Shown one piece after another: positions 9,587 through 18,867 of a stretch of 64,000 nucleotides of DNA. This DNA comes from Ignavibacteria bacterium RIFCSPLOWO2_12_FULL_56_21 (GTDB lineage Bacteria > Bacteroidota > Ignavibacteria > UBA10030). The notes below the pieces were generated by a model that saw only the letters and a program-made list of their open reading frames with translations, was not told where the DNA came from and searched no databases. The DNA lies in assembly GCA_001802945.1 (NCBI GenBank), contig MHAK01000080.1, positions 687 through 64,686 on the forward strand. Direction: 5' to 3'. How positions within the stretch are numbered: the first letter of the stretch is position 1; every line of letters begins with the position of its first letter. The translations under genes were made by a program, and so were the position numbers.

Positions 9587-10645
9587 ATGATCCGCACGTT
9601 GATACTTTGTTCGGCCGCTGTCTTCATATTCATGAACGGATGCGACACCCGCTCGTCGGTCGCATCAATGCCGTTGCCCTCCCACGGCGTCTATATACTT
9701 AACGAAGGAACGTACCAATCTCGTAATGCCGAGATCTCATTCTATGACCCGACGTCGGGAACAGTCTATGGGAATTTGTATGCAGCGGCAAATGCGGACC
9801 AGGCGCTGGGCGACATCGCAAACGATATCCAGGTTGCCGATGGGAAGCTGTTCATCGTCGTAAACTATTCGCGAAAGGTCGAAGTCATCGCCGTCGGTAC
9901 GAACCGGAAGATCGCCTCAATCCCCATGATTGGCGAGCCACGATACATACGTATCGTGTCTCCGACAAAGGCCTATGTTACCAATATGGATTCGACGGTC
10001 TCGGTACTTGACCTCGGCACCTGGACCGAGGTGCGAAGGATTCGAGTTGGAGATTATCCCGAAGGAATTCTCATGGCCGGCAATAAACTCTTTGTACTGA
10101 ACGGAGGCTTTGGATCAGGCGGCACCATTTCCGTGATTTCCGTGGACGCGGACAGCGTTATCGCCACCGTAGCGACGCCCGACGGTCCATCATATGGCGT
10201 AGCGGGTAATGATGGCAGGCTGTATATCTCGTGCACAGGATATTCGGAATATGGTCATCCCGAGAATGACACGCCAGGTGGTGTTATCGTCATCGATCCT
10301 GTTTCCCTGACGGTCGTGGATTCGTTGGCGATCCAGGGTCATCCTGGAAAACTTGCCATCGACAGCTTGAATACGTTGTATGTGCTCGCTTTGTCGTCAA
10401 CGGGTTCCTCGTCAGTTTGGAAGATCGTCACGGGTCCGCACGTATCTGTCCTCAACCATGCTCTTGTTTCCGGTTCATTCTATGGCATCGGGATCCATGC
10501 TACCCGGGGAGAACTGTATCTGGCCGATGCGGGTGATTATGTCACACCCGGGCGCGTGGCGATACATACACTCAACGGGACTTTTGTACGGGGTCTGAGG
10601 TCGGGGATAGGTGTTGCCCCGAACGGATTTGCCTTTGTCCCCTGA
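9587..10645 (+). CDS. YncE-family beta-propeller surface lipoprotein (BtuG-like B12-binding)
   Basis: Lipobox MNG/C; VYILNEG...ISFYD...LGD.AND...EPRYI; follows btuB, as BtuG does in Bacteroidota. Confidence 0.8.
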   Translation: MIRTLILCSAAVFIFMNGCDTRSSVASMPLPSHGVYILNEGTYQSRNAEISFYDPTSGTVYGNLYAAANADQALGDIANDIQVADGKLFIVVNYSRKVEVIAVGTNRKIASIPMIGEPRYIRIVSPTKAYVTNMDSTVSVLDLGTWTEVRRIRVGDYPEGILMAGNKLFVLNGGFGSGGTISVISVDADSVIATVATPDGPSYGVAGNDGRLYISCTGYSEYGHPENDTPGGVIVIDPVSLTVVDSLAIQGHPGKLAIDSLNTLYVLALSSTGSSSVWKIVTGPHVSVLNHALVSGSFYGIGIHATRGELYLADAGDYVTPGRVAIHTLNGTFVRGLRSGIGVAPNGFAFVP

Positions 10646-10705
10646 AGTTCTGGCGTTCGTCAACCTTTTTCTCTATACTTCAATCACAAGAACGGAGAGA
10701 TCACC

Positions 10706-11233
10706 ATGAAGCACCTGTCATTCATGATCGTTGTTGTCGTCGCGGCAGCGCTGTCGCGGTTGCTGCCGCATCCACCGAACTTCACCCCGATTGCCGCTAT
10801 TGCACTGGCCGGAGGCGTCTATTTCGATCGGAGATGGGCGCTGGTCATTCCGACGGCCGCGTTGTTCCTGAGTGACGCCCTGATCGGATTTCACGGCCTA
10901 ATGCCCTTTGTCTACGGAAGTTTCGCGGCGATCGCGGCGATCGGGATCTGGCTTCGATCACGAAAATCAGTGGCCATGGTCGCAGGTGCAACGCTGTCGG
11001 GATCGATCCTCTTCTTTGTCATTACCAACTTCGGCGTGTGGTTCTTGGCCGACGGAACGATCTATCCGAAATCTTTGGCAGGGCTTGGAGCGTGCTATGT
11101 TGCAGCCCTCCCATTCTTTCGCACTTCGTTGCTCGGAGACGCGGTCTACACTGCAATCCTTTTCGGCATACTTGAAGTTGCCTTGAGAATGTCACAGCGG
11201 ACAGAGCGCGCTGCGGAACATCAACCCTCGTAA
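10706..11233 (+). CDS. DUF6580-family membrane protein (ECF S-component-like putative transporter)
   Basis: RLLPHPPNFTPIAAIALAGG...FFVITNFGVW...YPKS..GL..CY.AALPFFR; several TM helices. Confidence 0.8.
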   Translation: MKHLSFMIVVVVAAALSRLLPHPPNFTPIAAIALAGGVYFDRRWALVIPTAALFLSDALIGFHGLMPFVYGSFAAIAAIGIWLRSRKSVAMVAGATLSGSILFFVITNFGVWFLADGTIYPKSLAGLGACYVAALPFFRTSLLGDAVYTAILFGILEVALRMSQRTERAAEHQPS

Positions 11234-11269
11234 GCACTGTCACAGGCATATATCGCGTTGCGGATCGTC

Positions 11270-11303
11270 ACAAAGTCTCCTGTATTCGGGAGACTTTGTC
11301 TTT
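11270..11303 (+). terminator. Intrinsic terminator of btu operon
   Basis: acaaagtctcc-tgtattcg-ggagactttgt hairpin followed by cttt. Confidence 0.65.
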
Positions 11304-11411
11304 CTAGTGCCGTTTCCAATAATTAACCTTGCATTCCACTTGATTTAAAACATTGGAAACGTGCACTAGTGCTCGCTCCCACACAAACTTTAATAGTGGG
11401 AGCGGCACTAG
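11304..11411. repeat. Tandem CTAG-bounded inverted-repeat units (MITE-like)
   Basis: CTAGTGCCGTTTCCAAT...ATTGGAAACGTGCACTAG and CTAGTGCTCGCTCCCAC...GTGGGAGCGGCACTAG share a central CTAG; loops are AT-rich. Confidence 0.6.
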
Positions 11412-11508
11412 GAGTGGACAGGAACTGGAGGGCTTTCTTTTTCACTGAAAGATTCTCTATCATTGTCACCGACGCGTACCCACCACCCCCTCACTCAGGA
11501 GACGGCCC

Positions 11509-12930
11509 ATGCCTGGAGAGAAGAAGGAACTGAGCTTTTACGAGAATGTTCTCGCAATGTACGACAAGGCTGCCGCGCTGAGCACATATCCGCATAATTT
11601 GTTGGAGACGATAAAATCCACGAATAGCGTCTATTCGTTTATTTTCCCGGTCCGGACACCTAACGGGATCGTGGAATTCGAAGGGTGGCGGGTGGAGCAC
11701 AGCCATCACAGGTTGCCTACGAAAGGCGGAATCCGATTTGCGCCGCATGTCAATGAGGACGAAGTGAAGGCACTTGCGGCGCTGATGACGTACAAATGCG
11801 CCCTCGTCGACGTTCCGTTCGGCGGAGCGAAAGGGGCGGTGAAGATCGATACGCGCAAGTACGACACGCCCACGCTCGAAGCCGTCACCCGCAGGTATAC
11901 GGTAGAATTGATCAAGAAGAATTTCATCGGTCCGGGAACTGACGTACCTGCTCCGGATTACGGGACGGGTCCTCGCGAGATGGCGTGGATCGTGGACACC
12001 TACATGACATTCCACCAAGGCGAAGTCGACGGAATGGCGTGCGTTACCGGAAAACCGGTCACGCAAGGAGGGATACGAGGAAGGACAGAAGCGACCGGAA
12101 GGGGAGTGTTCTTTGGGATCCGGGAAGCATGCCTGCAAGCGGACGACATGAAGAGGATTGGCCTTACTCCCGGGATCGAAGGTAAGCGCGTGATCGTTCA
12201 AGGAATGGGAAACGTCGGCTACTATGCGGCAAAGTTTTGTCAGGAAGGCGGAGCCCGCATTGTCGGGATCGCCGAATATGAAGGGGGGATTTACGATCCG
12301 AAAGGACTCGATGTGGACTCCGTAGCGCGTCACAGGCGGGAAACCGGATCGATCCTAAAATTCCCCGGCGCTCTGGATTTCAACCCGAGCGGACCTGTGC
12401 TTGAGCAGGATTGCGATATTCTTGTTCCGGCGGCGCTCGAGAACCAGATCACCAGTGACAACGCACCCCGCATCAAAGCTCGCATCATCGCGGAAGGCGC
12501 AAACGGGCCGACAACTGCCGCCGGCGAAGAGGTCCTGTTGAGGAAAGGCTGTCTTCTTCTTGCAGATATGTATCTGAACGCAGGCGGTGTTACGGTTTCG
12601 TATTTTGAATGGTTGAAGAATCTGTCCCATGTCCGATTCGGTCGAATGGCAAAACGCTTCGACGAACGGACGAACACGCAACTCATTCACATGATAGAAT
12701 CCGCCTCGGGAAAGAAATTCACGCAGGAAGAGCGCACTGCGGTTTCACACGGGGCGGATGAGGTCGACCTTGTGAACTCCGGTCTGGAAGAAACCATGAT
12801 CACAGCGTTTCATCAGGTCCGGGAGACCTGGAAGCAAAATCCAAAAGTAGATAGTTTCCGGACCGCTGCGTTCATTAACGCAATTCACAAGATTGCAACG
12901 ACGTATCTTGAACTTGGTATCTTTCCATGA
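11509..12930 (+). CDS. gdh: Glu/Leu/Phe/Val dehydrogenase (glutamate dehydrogenase, animal GLUD-like subtype)
   Basis: [51 protein letters not shown]. Confidence 0.93.
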   Translation: MPGEKKELSFYENVLAMYDKAAALSTYPHNLLETIKSTNSVYSFIFPVRTPNGIVEFEGWRVEHSHHRLPTKGGIRFAPHVNEDEVKALAALMTYKCALVDVPFGGAKGAVKIDTRKYDTPTLEAVTRRYTVELIKKNFIGPGTDVPAPDYGTGPREMAWIVDTYMTFHQGEVDGMACVTGKPVTQGGIRGRTEATGRGVFFGIREACLQADDMKRIGLTPGIEGKRVIVQGMGNVGYYAAKFCQEGGARIVGIAEYEGGIYDPKGLDVDSVARHRRETGSILKFPGALDFNPSGPVLEQDCDILVPAALENQITSDNAPRIKARIIAEGANGPTTAAGEEVLLRKGCLLLADMYLNAGGVTVSYFEWLKNLSHVRFGRMAKRFDERTNTQLIHMIESASGKKFTQEERTAVSHGADEVDLVNSGLEETMITAFHQVRETWKQNPKVDSFRTAAFINAIHKIATTYLELGIFP

Positions 12931-13160
12931 GTAACGTCCATTCTCAATTATGATTCCTGCTCTTGGGGTCGGGACTGAATTCGTTTTCGCGAACTTGAAT
13001 CTGTTCATGTCGACAGGGGCATTCCCACGATTCTCCGCAGCGGTTTGATGGCACAAGAGTTGTATCTCTGAGTCGCGCGCCCGACTTGCGACCTTAAGTT
13101 CCATCTGCTCTGTCGCTTGCCGCCAGCGTACACTATCCCCCCCAACAAGGAGTTCCGTCC

Positions 13161-14522
13161 ATGTCCGAATATGTGAAGAGCTTCCTCGCAGGTGTAAAGT
13201 CGAAAAACCCGAATGAACCTGAGTTCCACCAGGCCGTCGAAGAAGTCGTGGATTCACTCAGCCTTGTGCTGGATCGGCATTCGGAATACCGGTCCCACAA
13301 GATCCTCGAGCGGATCGTTGAACCCGAGCGCACAATTACGTTTCGAGTGCCGTGGATGGACGATCAGGGCGAGATCCATGTCAACCGCGGATTCCGCATT
13401 GAAATGAACAGCGCAATCGGTCCATACAAGGGTGGTCTTCGATTCCATCCATCCGTGAACATCGGCATTTTAAAGTTCCTGGCTTTCGAACAGGTTTTCA
13501 AAAACAGTCTGACGACGCTCCCGATGGGCGGCGGGAAAGGCGGATCGGACTTCGACCCGAAGGGAAAGAGTGACAATGAGGTCATGCGTTTTTGCCAGAG
13601 TTTCATGAACGAACTGTACCGACACATCGGCCCGAATACCGATGTTCCAGCAGGAGATATTGGAGTAGGGGGCAGAGAGATAGGTTTCTTGTTCGGACAT
13701 TACAAGAAGCTCCGGAATGAGTTTACAGGCGTGCTGACTGGGAAAGGATTGCATTGGGGAGGGTCGTTGATTCGGCCCGAAGCGACGGGATATGGTTCGG
13801 TATATTTTGCCGCGGAGATGCTATCGACGCGCCGGGAGACGCTGGAAGGCAAAATGTGCCTAGTATCGGGCAGCGGGAACGTCGCCCAGTATACTGTTCA
13901 GAAGATCAATGAGCTCGGCGGGAAAGCGGTTACAATGTCCGATTCCAATGGATTTATTTACGATCCGGCAGGAATCTCCGCGGAAAAGCTGAACTTCGTC
14001 ATGGAGCTGAAGAATTTGCGTCGCGGCAGGATCAAGGAATACACCGACCATTTTCCAGCGGCAACGTACACGGCAGTCGACCCGAAAATGGATCACAATC
14101 CGTTGTGGGATCGAAAAGCTTCGTGCGCATTCCCGAGCGCCACGCAGAACGAGATTAACGGAAAAGATGCCGCCAACCTTATCAGGAACGGCGTATATTG
14201 TGTTGCCGAGGGAGCCAACATGCCGACCACGCTCGACGGCGTCAAGGTGTTTCTTGATGCCAAGATATTGTATGGTCCCGGCAAAGCTGCGAATGCGGGA
14301 GGTGTTGCAACCTCCGGATTGGAGATGTCGCAGAACAGCATGCGTCTTCCGTGGCCCCGCGAGGAGGTCGATGCGCGACTGCGCGGAATCATGAAAGCGA
14401 TCCACAGCGCTTGCGTGACCACCGCTGAGCGTTTTGGCACGCCGGGAAATTACGTGAACGGCGCGAACATCTCGGGTTTCCTGAAAGTCGCCGATGCGAT
14501 GATCGACCAAGGACTCGTGTGA
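13161..14522 (+). CDS. gdhA: NADP-specific glutamate dehydrogenase
   Basis: EPEFHQAVEEV, GPYKGGLRFHPSV, MGGGKGGSDFDPKGKS, RPEATGYG, GSGNVAQY; AAGGAG RBS. Confidence 0.97.
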   Translation: MSEYVKSFLAGVKSKNPNEPEFHQAVEEVVDSLSLVLDRHSEYRSHKILERIVEPERTITFRVPWMDDQGEIHVNRGFRIEMNSAIGPYKGGLRFHPSVNIGILKFLAFEQVFKNSLTTLPMGGGKGGSDFDPKGKSDNEVMRFCQSFMNELYRHIGPNTDVPAGDIGVGGREIGFLFGHYKKLRNEFTGVLTGKGLHWGGSLIRPEATGYGSVYFAAEMLSTRRETLEGKMCLVSGSGNVAQYTVQKINELGGKAVTMSDSNGFIYDPAGISAEKLNFVMELKNLRRGRIKEYTDHFPAATYTAVDPKMDHNPLWDRKASCAFPSATQNEINGKDAANLIRNGVYCVAEGANMPTTLDGVKVFLDAKILYGPGKAANAGGVATSGLEMSQNSMRLPWPREEVDARLRGIMKAIHSACVTTAERFGTPGNYVNGANISGFLKVADAMIDQGLV

Positions 14523-14610
14523 TCCGCTGCTTCCTCAGCGTCGGGCAGGACGCAACGCCCGGGATCAACTTCGTACTGGCGGGCGAAGGACGAGGGACCT
14601 TCGTCCGCCC

Positions 14611-17610
14611 ATGACTATGTCGACTGACATGCCCGAACCGACAGGGGTGGACAGCCAATTTGGCGGCCGCTTTCAAGGGTTTCAAAACCTGATGCGAAAG
14701 CGGATCCAGGAGGTCCTCCTGGTTTCCAGCCTGTACGACCTCTATCTTTTCGAGGAAGATGGACGTCTCTATGAGCTCATTCTTCATGAGTATCAGGGAC
14801 TCCGTCTCTCCCACTCTCCTGAGCTCACACGCGTATCGAGCGCGCGGGAAGCGATCGCACTTGCCAGACAGCGGCGCCGCTTCGACCTGATCATAACGAC
14901 GTTGCACATTGAGGATGTCTCTGCGATCCAATTCGCGGATATGGTCAAGGAAGAGGGGTTGAACATTCCCATCGTCCTGCTTGCCTACGACAGCCGTCAG
15001 TTGAAAGAGCTCATCACCCATGAGAACACGTCCGAGTTCGCGCGCGTGTACTTATGGCAGGGAGATTTCCGTCTCATCGTTGCCATCAGCAAGAACCTCG
15101 AAGATCAGATGAATGTTGAAGAAGATACCGCTCAGGTCGGTGTTCAATCCATCATTCTCATTGAGGACAACGTTGCCTACTATTCTTCGTTCCTTCCCCT
15201 TATTTACACGGAGATACTGAACCAGTCGCAGCGTCTGGTCTCCGAGGGGGTTAGTCTTAGCGACAAGTATCTTCGCCTGAGGGCACGGCCGAAGATCCTT
15301 CTCTGTACGAACTTCGAAGAAGCATGGGCGTGTTTCACCAAATACGAGGAATTCGTTCTCGGGATCATATCGGACGTCGATTTTCAGAGGAATGGAGTGG
15401 CCGATCCGCGGGCAGGCATGACGTTCGCACGAATGGTCAAGGACCGACATCAGGATATACCCATTCTCCTTCAATCGACGACACCGGAGCACAGGGAAGA
15501 TGCTCTGGCCTTGGAATGTTCGTATGTGTTGAAGGATTCTCCGACCCTCCTCAACGATGTACGCCACTTCATCACCGAATACTTCAGCTTCGGAGATTTC
15601 GTCTTCCGCGTCAAGGGGGGCGCCGAAGTGGCACGGGCAAGCGATCTTCAGGAGCTCGAGGATCAATTGCAGCATGTTCCGGAGGCGAGCATTCAGTATC
15701 ACGCGGAACACAACCATTTTTCGAATTGGTTGAAGGCACGGACGGAGTTCTGGCTTGCACACAAGCTCCGACCGCGGAAAGTGTCGGATTATCCGTCGGT
15801 TGAAGCGCTCCGTCAAGACCTCATCTCCTCGCTGCGCGAGTACCGACAACTCCGTCAACGAGGCATCATCACGGATTTCTCGAAAGAGACGTTTCTTCCG
15901 GGATCGAGCTTTGCCCGTATCGGCGGCGGCTCTCTGGGTGGAAAGGCGCGCGGCCTGGGGTTTGTGAATGTCCTCCTCAACAATTTCGACATGCGCGAAC
16001 GGTTCGAGGATGCCCGTATCAGTGTTCCACCGGCCATCGTCTGCGGAACAGAGGTGTTCGACAAATTCCTTGACGCGAATAACCTGCGAAACTTTGCCCT
16101 CAACGCGACGGACGACGAGGAGATCGCCCATCGATTTCTGCAGGCCAGGAAATTTCCCGGAGAGACCCTCGATCAATTGTCGGATTTTCTCGATTTGGTC
16201 CGGGAACCACTGGCCGTACGGTCTTCAAGTCTGCTCGAAGACTCACAATACCATCCATTTGCCGGGGTCTACGCCACGTACATGATCCCAAACAACCACA
16301 AAGATGCGCGCAAACGGCTTGGGGAACTGGTGAATACGATCAAACGGGTGTACGCATCGATGTACTTTCAGAGCGCGAAGGACTATTTTCGCGTCACGTC
16401 GTATCGGCTGGAAGAAGAGAAGATGGCGGTCATACTTCAGAAAATGGTCGGTGCGCCGCATGGAATCAGATTCTATCCCGATATATCCGGAGTTGCCAAG
16501 TCGTTCAATTTCTATCCCCTGGGGCCTCAGCGCGCAGAAGATGGCATCGTTTCGGCCGCACTTGGGTTGGGAAAATGGGTCGTGGACGGGGGCGTGACGG
16601 TAAGGTTCTGCCCAAAGCATCCCGCGCACCTTCTCCAGAACTCCGGAGCAGACGATTCTGCGGGGTCCTGGCAAACGAGATTCTACGCGTTGGAATTGAC
16701 CGGACACCCGCTGGAACACGCAGAAACGTACGATGCGCTCTTGAAGACGTATCCGCTGGATGTCGCAGAAGAGGACCGTACTCTGTCGTACGTCGGATCG
16801 ACGTATTCTGTGCAGAATGACACGGTCAGCGATGGCATTGCCCGCGACGGAGTGAGGGTTGTCAGTTTTGCGCCGGTGCTAAGGAATAAGGTGTTCCCGC
16901 TGCCGAAGATCATTGACCAACTCCTGGACATGGCAAGCAAGGGCATGGGAGCACCTGTGGAGATTGAATTCGCCGTCACGATGTCTGTGCCTCCCGACTC
17001 ACGAAAAGAATTTGGGATCCTGCAAATGCGGCCGTTGGTACTCTCCCGGGAGGTGGAAGAAATGCAGATCGAGGGAGTTCCCCAGGAAGAAATCCTGTGT
17101 TCCAGTCATCAGGTTCTGGGAAACGGAATCGTCGACGATATTCACGATATCGTTTTCGTCGACCCGGACAAATTCGACCGCTCCAAAACCGTTGATGTCG
17201 CCCGGGAGGTGATGTCAATGAATGAAAGCCTGATCGCCGACCGTCGGCCGTATGTGCTCATCGGCATGGGGCGTTGGGGAACGCTCGATCCCTGGCTGGG
17301 GATCCCGGTGAGGTGGGACCAGATCTCCGGGGCGAGGGCTATTGTCGAAACAGGGTTGACCGATGTCGACGTCCTGCCATCGCAAGGATCGCACTTTTTC
17401 CAAAATCTGACATCGTTCATGGTCGGCTACTTCACTGTCCATTCAAGACTGAGAGAAGGATTCCTGGATTGGGAATGGTTGAAGGAACAATCGAATGCTT
17501 CTGCGTCGACATATCTTCGTCACATCCGGACTTCCAAACCACTCCGCATGATCATGAATGGAAGGAAGAACAACGGTCTCATTCTAAAGCCGGGCACTCG
17601 ATCGCGATGA
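14611..17610 (+). CDS. PEP/pyruvate-binding (PEP-synthase/PPDK-like ATP-grasp) protein with N-terminal receiver-like domains
   Basis: GGKARGL, PLAVRSSSLLEDS, MAVILQKMVG, SGVAKS, EIEFA, LQMRP (PPDK_N); N-terminal REC-like segments FDLIIT...IPIVLL and ILIEDN...IISDVDF...IPILLQS. Start may be 14611, 14617 or 14629. Confidence 0.85.
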   Translation: MTMSTDMPEPTGVDSQFGGRFQGFQNLMRKRIQEVLLVSSLYDLYLFEEDGRLYELILHEYQGLRLSHSPELTRVSSAREAIALARQRRRFDLIITTLHIEDVSAIQFADMVKEEGLNIPIVLLAYDSRQLKELITHENTSEFARVYLWQGDFRLIVAISKNLEDQMNVEEDTAQVGVQSIILIEDNVAYYSSFLPLIYTEILNQSQRLVSEGVSLSDKYLRLRARPKILLCTNFEEAWACFTKYEEFVLGIISDVDFQRNGVADPRAGMTFARMVKDRHQDIPILLQSTTPEHREDALALECSYVLKDSPTLLNDVRHFITEYFSFGDFVFRVKGGAEVARASDLQELEDQLQHVPEASIQYHAEHNHFSNWLKARTEFWLAHKLRPRKVSDYPSVEALRQDLISSLREYRQLRQRGIITDFSKETFLPGSSFARIGGGSLGGKARGLGFVNVLLNNFDMRERFEDARISVPPAIVCGTEVFDKFLDANNLRNFALNATDDEEIAHRFLQARKFPGETLDQLSDFLDLVREPLAVRSSSLLEDSQYHPFAGVYATYMIPNNHKDARKRLGELVNTIKRVYASMYFQSAKDYFRVTSYRLEEEKMAVILQKMVGAPHGIRFYPDISGVAKSFNFYPLGPQRAEDGIVSAALGLGKWVVDGGVTVRFCPKHPAHLLQNSGADDSAGSWQTRFYALELTGHPLEHAETYDALLKTYPLDVAEEDRTLSYVGSTYSVQNDTVSDGIARDGVRVVSFAPVLRNKVFPLPKIIDQLLDMASKGMGAPVEIEFAVTMSVPPDSRKEFGILQMRPLVLSREVEEMQIEGVPQEEILCSSHQVLGNGIVDDIHDIVFVDPDKFDRSKTVDVAREVMSMNESLIADRRPYVLIGMGRWGTLDPWLGIPVRWDQISGARAIVETGLTDVDVLPSQGSHFFQNLTSFMVGYFTVHSRLREGFLDWEWLKEQSNASASTYLRHIRTSKPLRMIMNGRKNNGLILKPGTRSR

Positions 17611-17675
17611 GGTTCAGGATGTCCTTTTCATGGAACGAATCTCTTTTTTGGCTATGTTAAAGGGGTAAGACATCG

Positions 17676-18845
17676 ATCAAACACGCCCCCTTACATACTC
17701 GATTTCTTTGTTTCGCAGTTCTCCTTCTTATCGCGTCATCTCTCGGTTGCCACGGTAGAGCCGATAAGGTCCGGATCACATTACGCGTTGTTCCGCCGAA
17801 GTCGACTCCGCCGGGGGACACGCTTTATGTGGCCGGGTCGGTGGTTGAACTTGGAATGTGGAGTCCAAACGGACTCGCGCTGAATCCGGGCGCGGACGGA
17901 GTTTGGTCGGTCACCCGCGCTTTTCCTTCATCCATGCCCGTGGAATTCAAGATTACCCGGGGCACATGGGAGACGGAAGCGATCTATGAAGCCGGCCAGA
18001 TTCCGGGAAATACGCGGATGATGCCGGTGCATGATACAACTGTCACGTTGACACCGGTAACGTGGAGGGACCAGATGCCCCGCCCGCCCGGAGGAATTCA
18101 CGGAATGGCTCGGTATCACCGACAGCTCAGCGGATCTGGCTTGAAGTATCGTCGCGACGTCATCGTCTGGCTTCCCCCTTCGTACGCAAAGAACCCCCGC
18201 CGAAGGTATCCCGTGCTGTATATGCACGACGGGCAGAATGTCTTCGACCCATCCACTGCGACCATCGGGCGCGATTGGCGCGCAGACGAAGTCGCCGACA
18301 GTCTTATCCATGCAGGCTCAGTGGAAGAAATGATCATCGTTGCCATCAACAATTCCGCGGACAGGATGGTCGAATACTCCGAGACAGTTCAAGGGAGAGC
18401 GTATGCCGGTTTTGTGGTGCACACAGTCAAACCGATGATCGATTCCCTCTACCGCACCAAAAGGGGTCCTCACGATACGGCGGTCATGGGGTCGTCCATG
18501 GGAGGCTTGATATCGTTCCTGTTCATCTGGTGGCATCCAGACGTGTTTGGCAAAGCGGGCTGTCTTTCGAGTGTGTTTCACCGAAGGCATTCGTCGGTGC
18601 TCGATTCGGTAAGCCGGATGGAACCTGGGTCGCGGACGATGAAACTGTACATCGACTGCGGCGGATCAGGCGGCGATGAAACACTGAAGCCGGGAATGGA
18701 TGAAATGGCAGATCTGCTTGGACAAAAAGGATTCCGCGAAGGCGAAGAATTTGCGATGTATTATGACCCTCGGGCTGAGCACAATGAGCCGGCATGGTCT
18801 GCCCGCTTGTGGCGGCCTTTCACCTTCTTGTTTCCGCGAAACTGA
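17676..18845 (+). CDS. Alpha/beta-hydrolase (esterase) with N-terminal CBM20-like domain, probable lipoprotein
   Basis: YPVLYMHDGQNVFD, nucleophile GSSMGG, AEHNEPAW; LYVAGSVVELGMW CBM20-like. Frame is open from 17661; first canonical start is GTG 17829, but a lipoprotein signal lies upstream (see findings). Confidence 0.8.
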   Translation: MKHAPLHTRFLCFAVLLLIASSLGCHGRADKVRITLRVVPPKSTPPGDTLYVAGSVVELGMWSPNGLALNPGADGVWSVTRAFPSSMPVEFKITRGTWETEAIYEAGQIPGNTRMMPVHDTTVTLTPVTWRDQMPRPPGGIHGMARYHRQLSGSGLKYRRDVIVWLPPSYAKNPRRRYPVLYMHDGQNVFDPSTATIGRDWRADEVADSLIHAGSVEEMIIVAINNSADRMVEYSETVQGRAYAGFVVHTVKPMIDSLYRTKRGPHDTAVMGSSMGGLISFLFIWWHPDVFGKAGCLSSVFHRRHSSVLDSVSRMEPGSRTMKLYIDCGGSGGDETLKPGMDEMADLLGQKGFREGEEFAMYYDPRAEHNEPAWSARLWRPFTFLFPRN

Positions 18846-18867
18846 CACTTTCTCTTCGGAGCTTTCG

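Noticed and set aside
11304-11411. CRISPR array or integron attC cassette
   Set aside because: Only two imperfect hairpin units; no direct-repeat/spacer periodicity, no RYYYAAC/GTTRRRY ends, and no cas or intI genes.
11491-12333. 280-aa minus-strand ORF
   Set aside because: Antisense shadow of the well-supported gdh gene; no recognisable motifs.
15052-16176. 374-aa minus-strand ORF
   Set aside because: Shadow of the 999-aa plus-strand gene; expected from codon bias in GC-rich DNA.
14611-17610. Calling this gene ppsA (PEP synthase)
   Set aside because: It lacks the C-terminal PEP/pyruvate barrel and the canonical GGxTSHAAI phosphocarrier motif.
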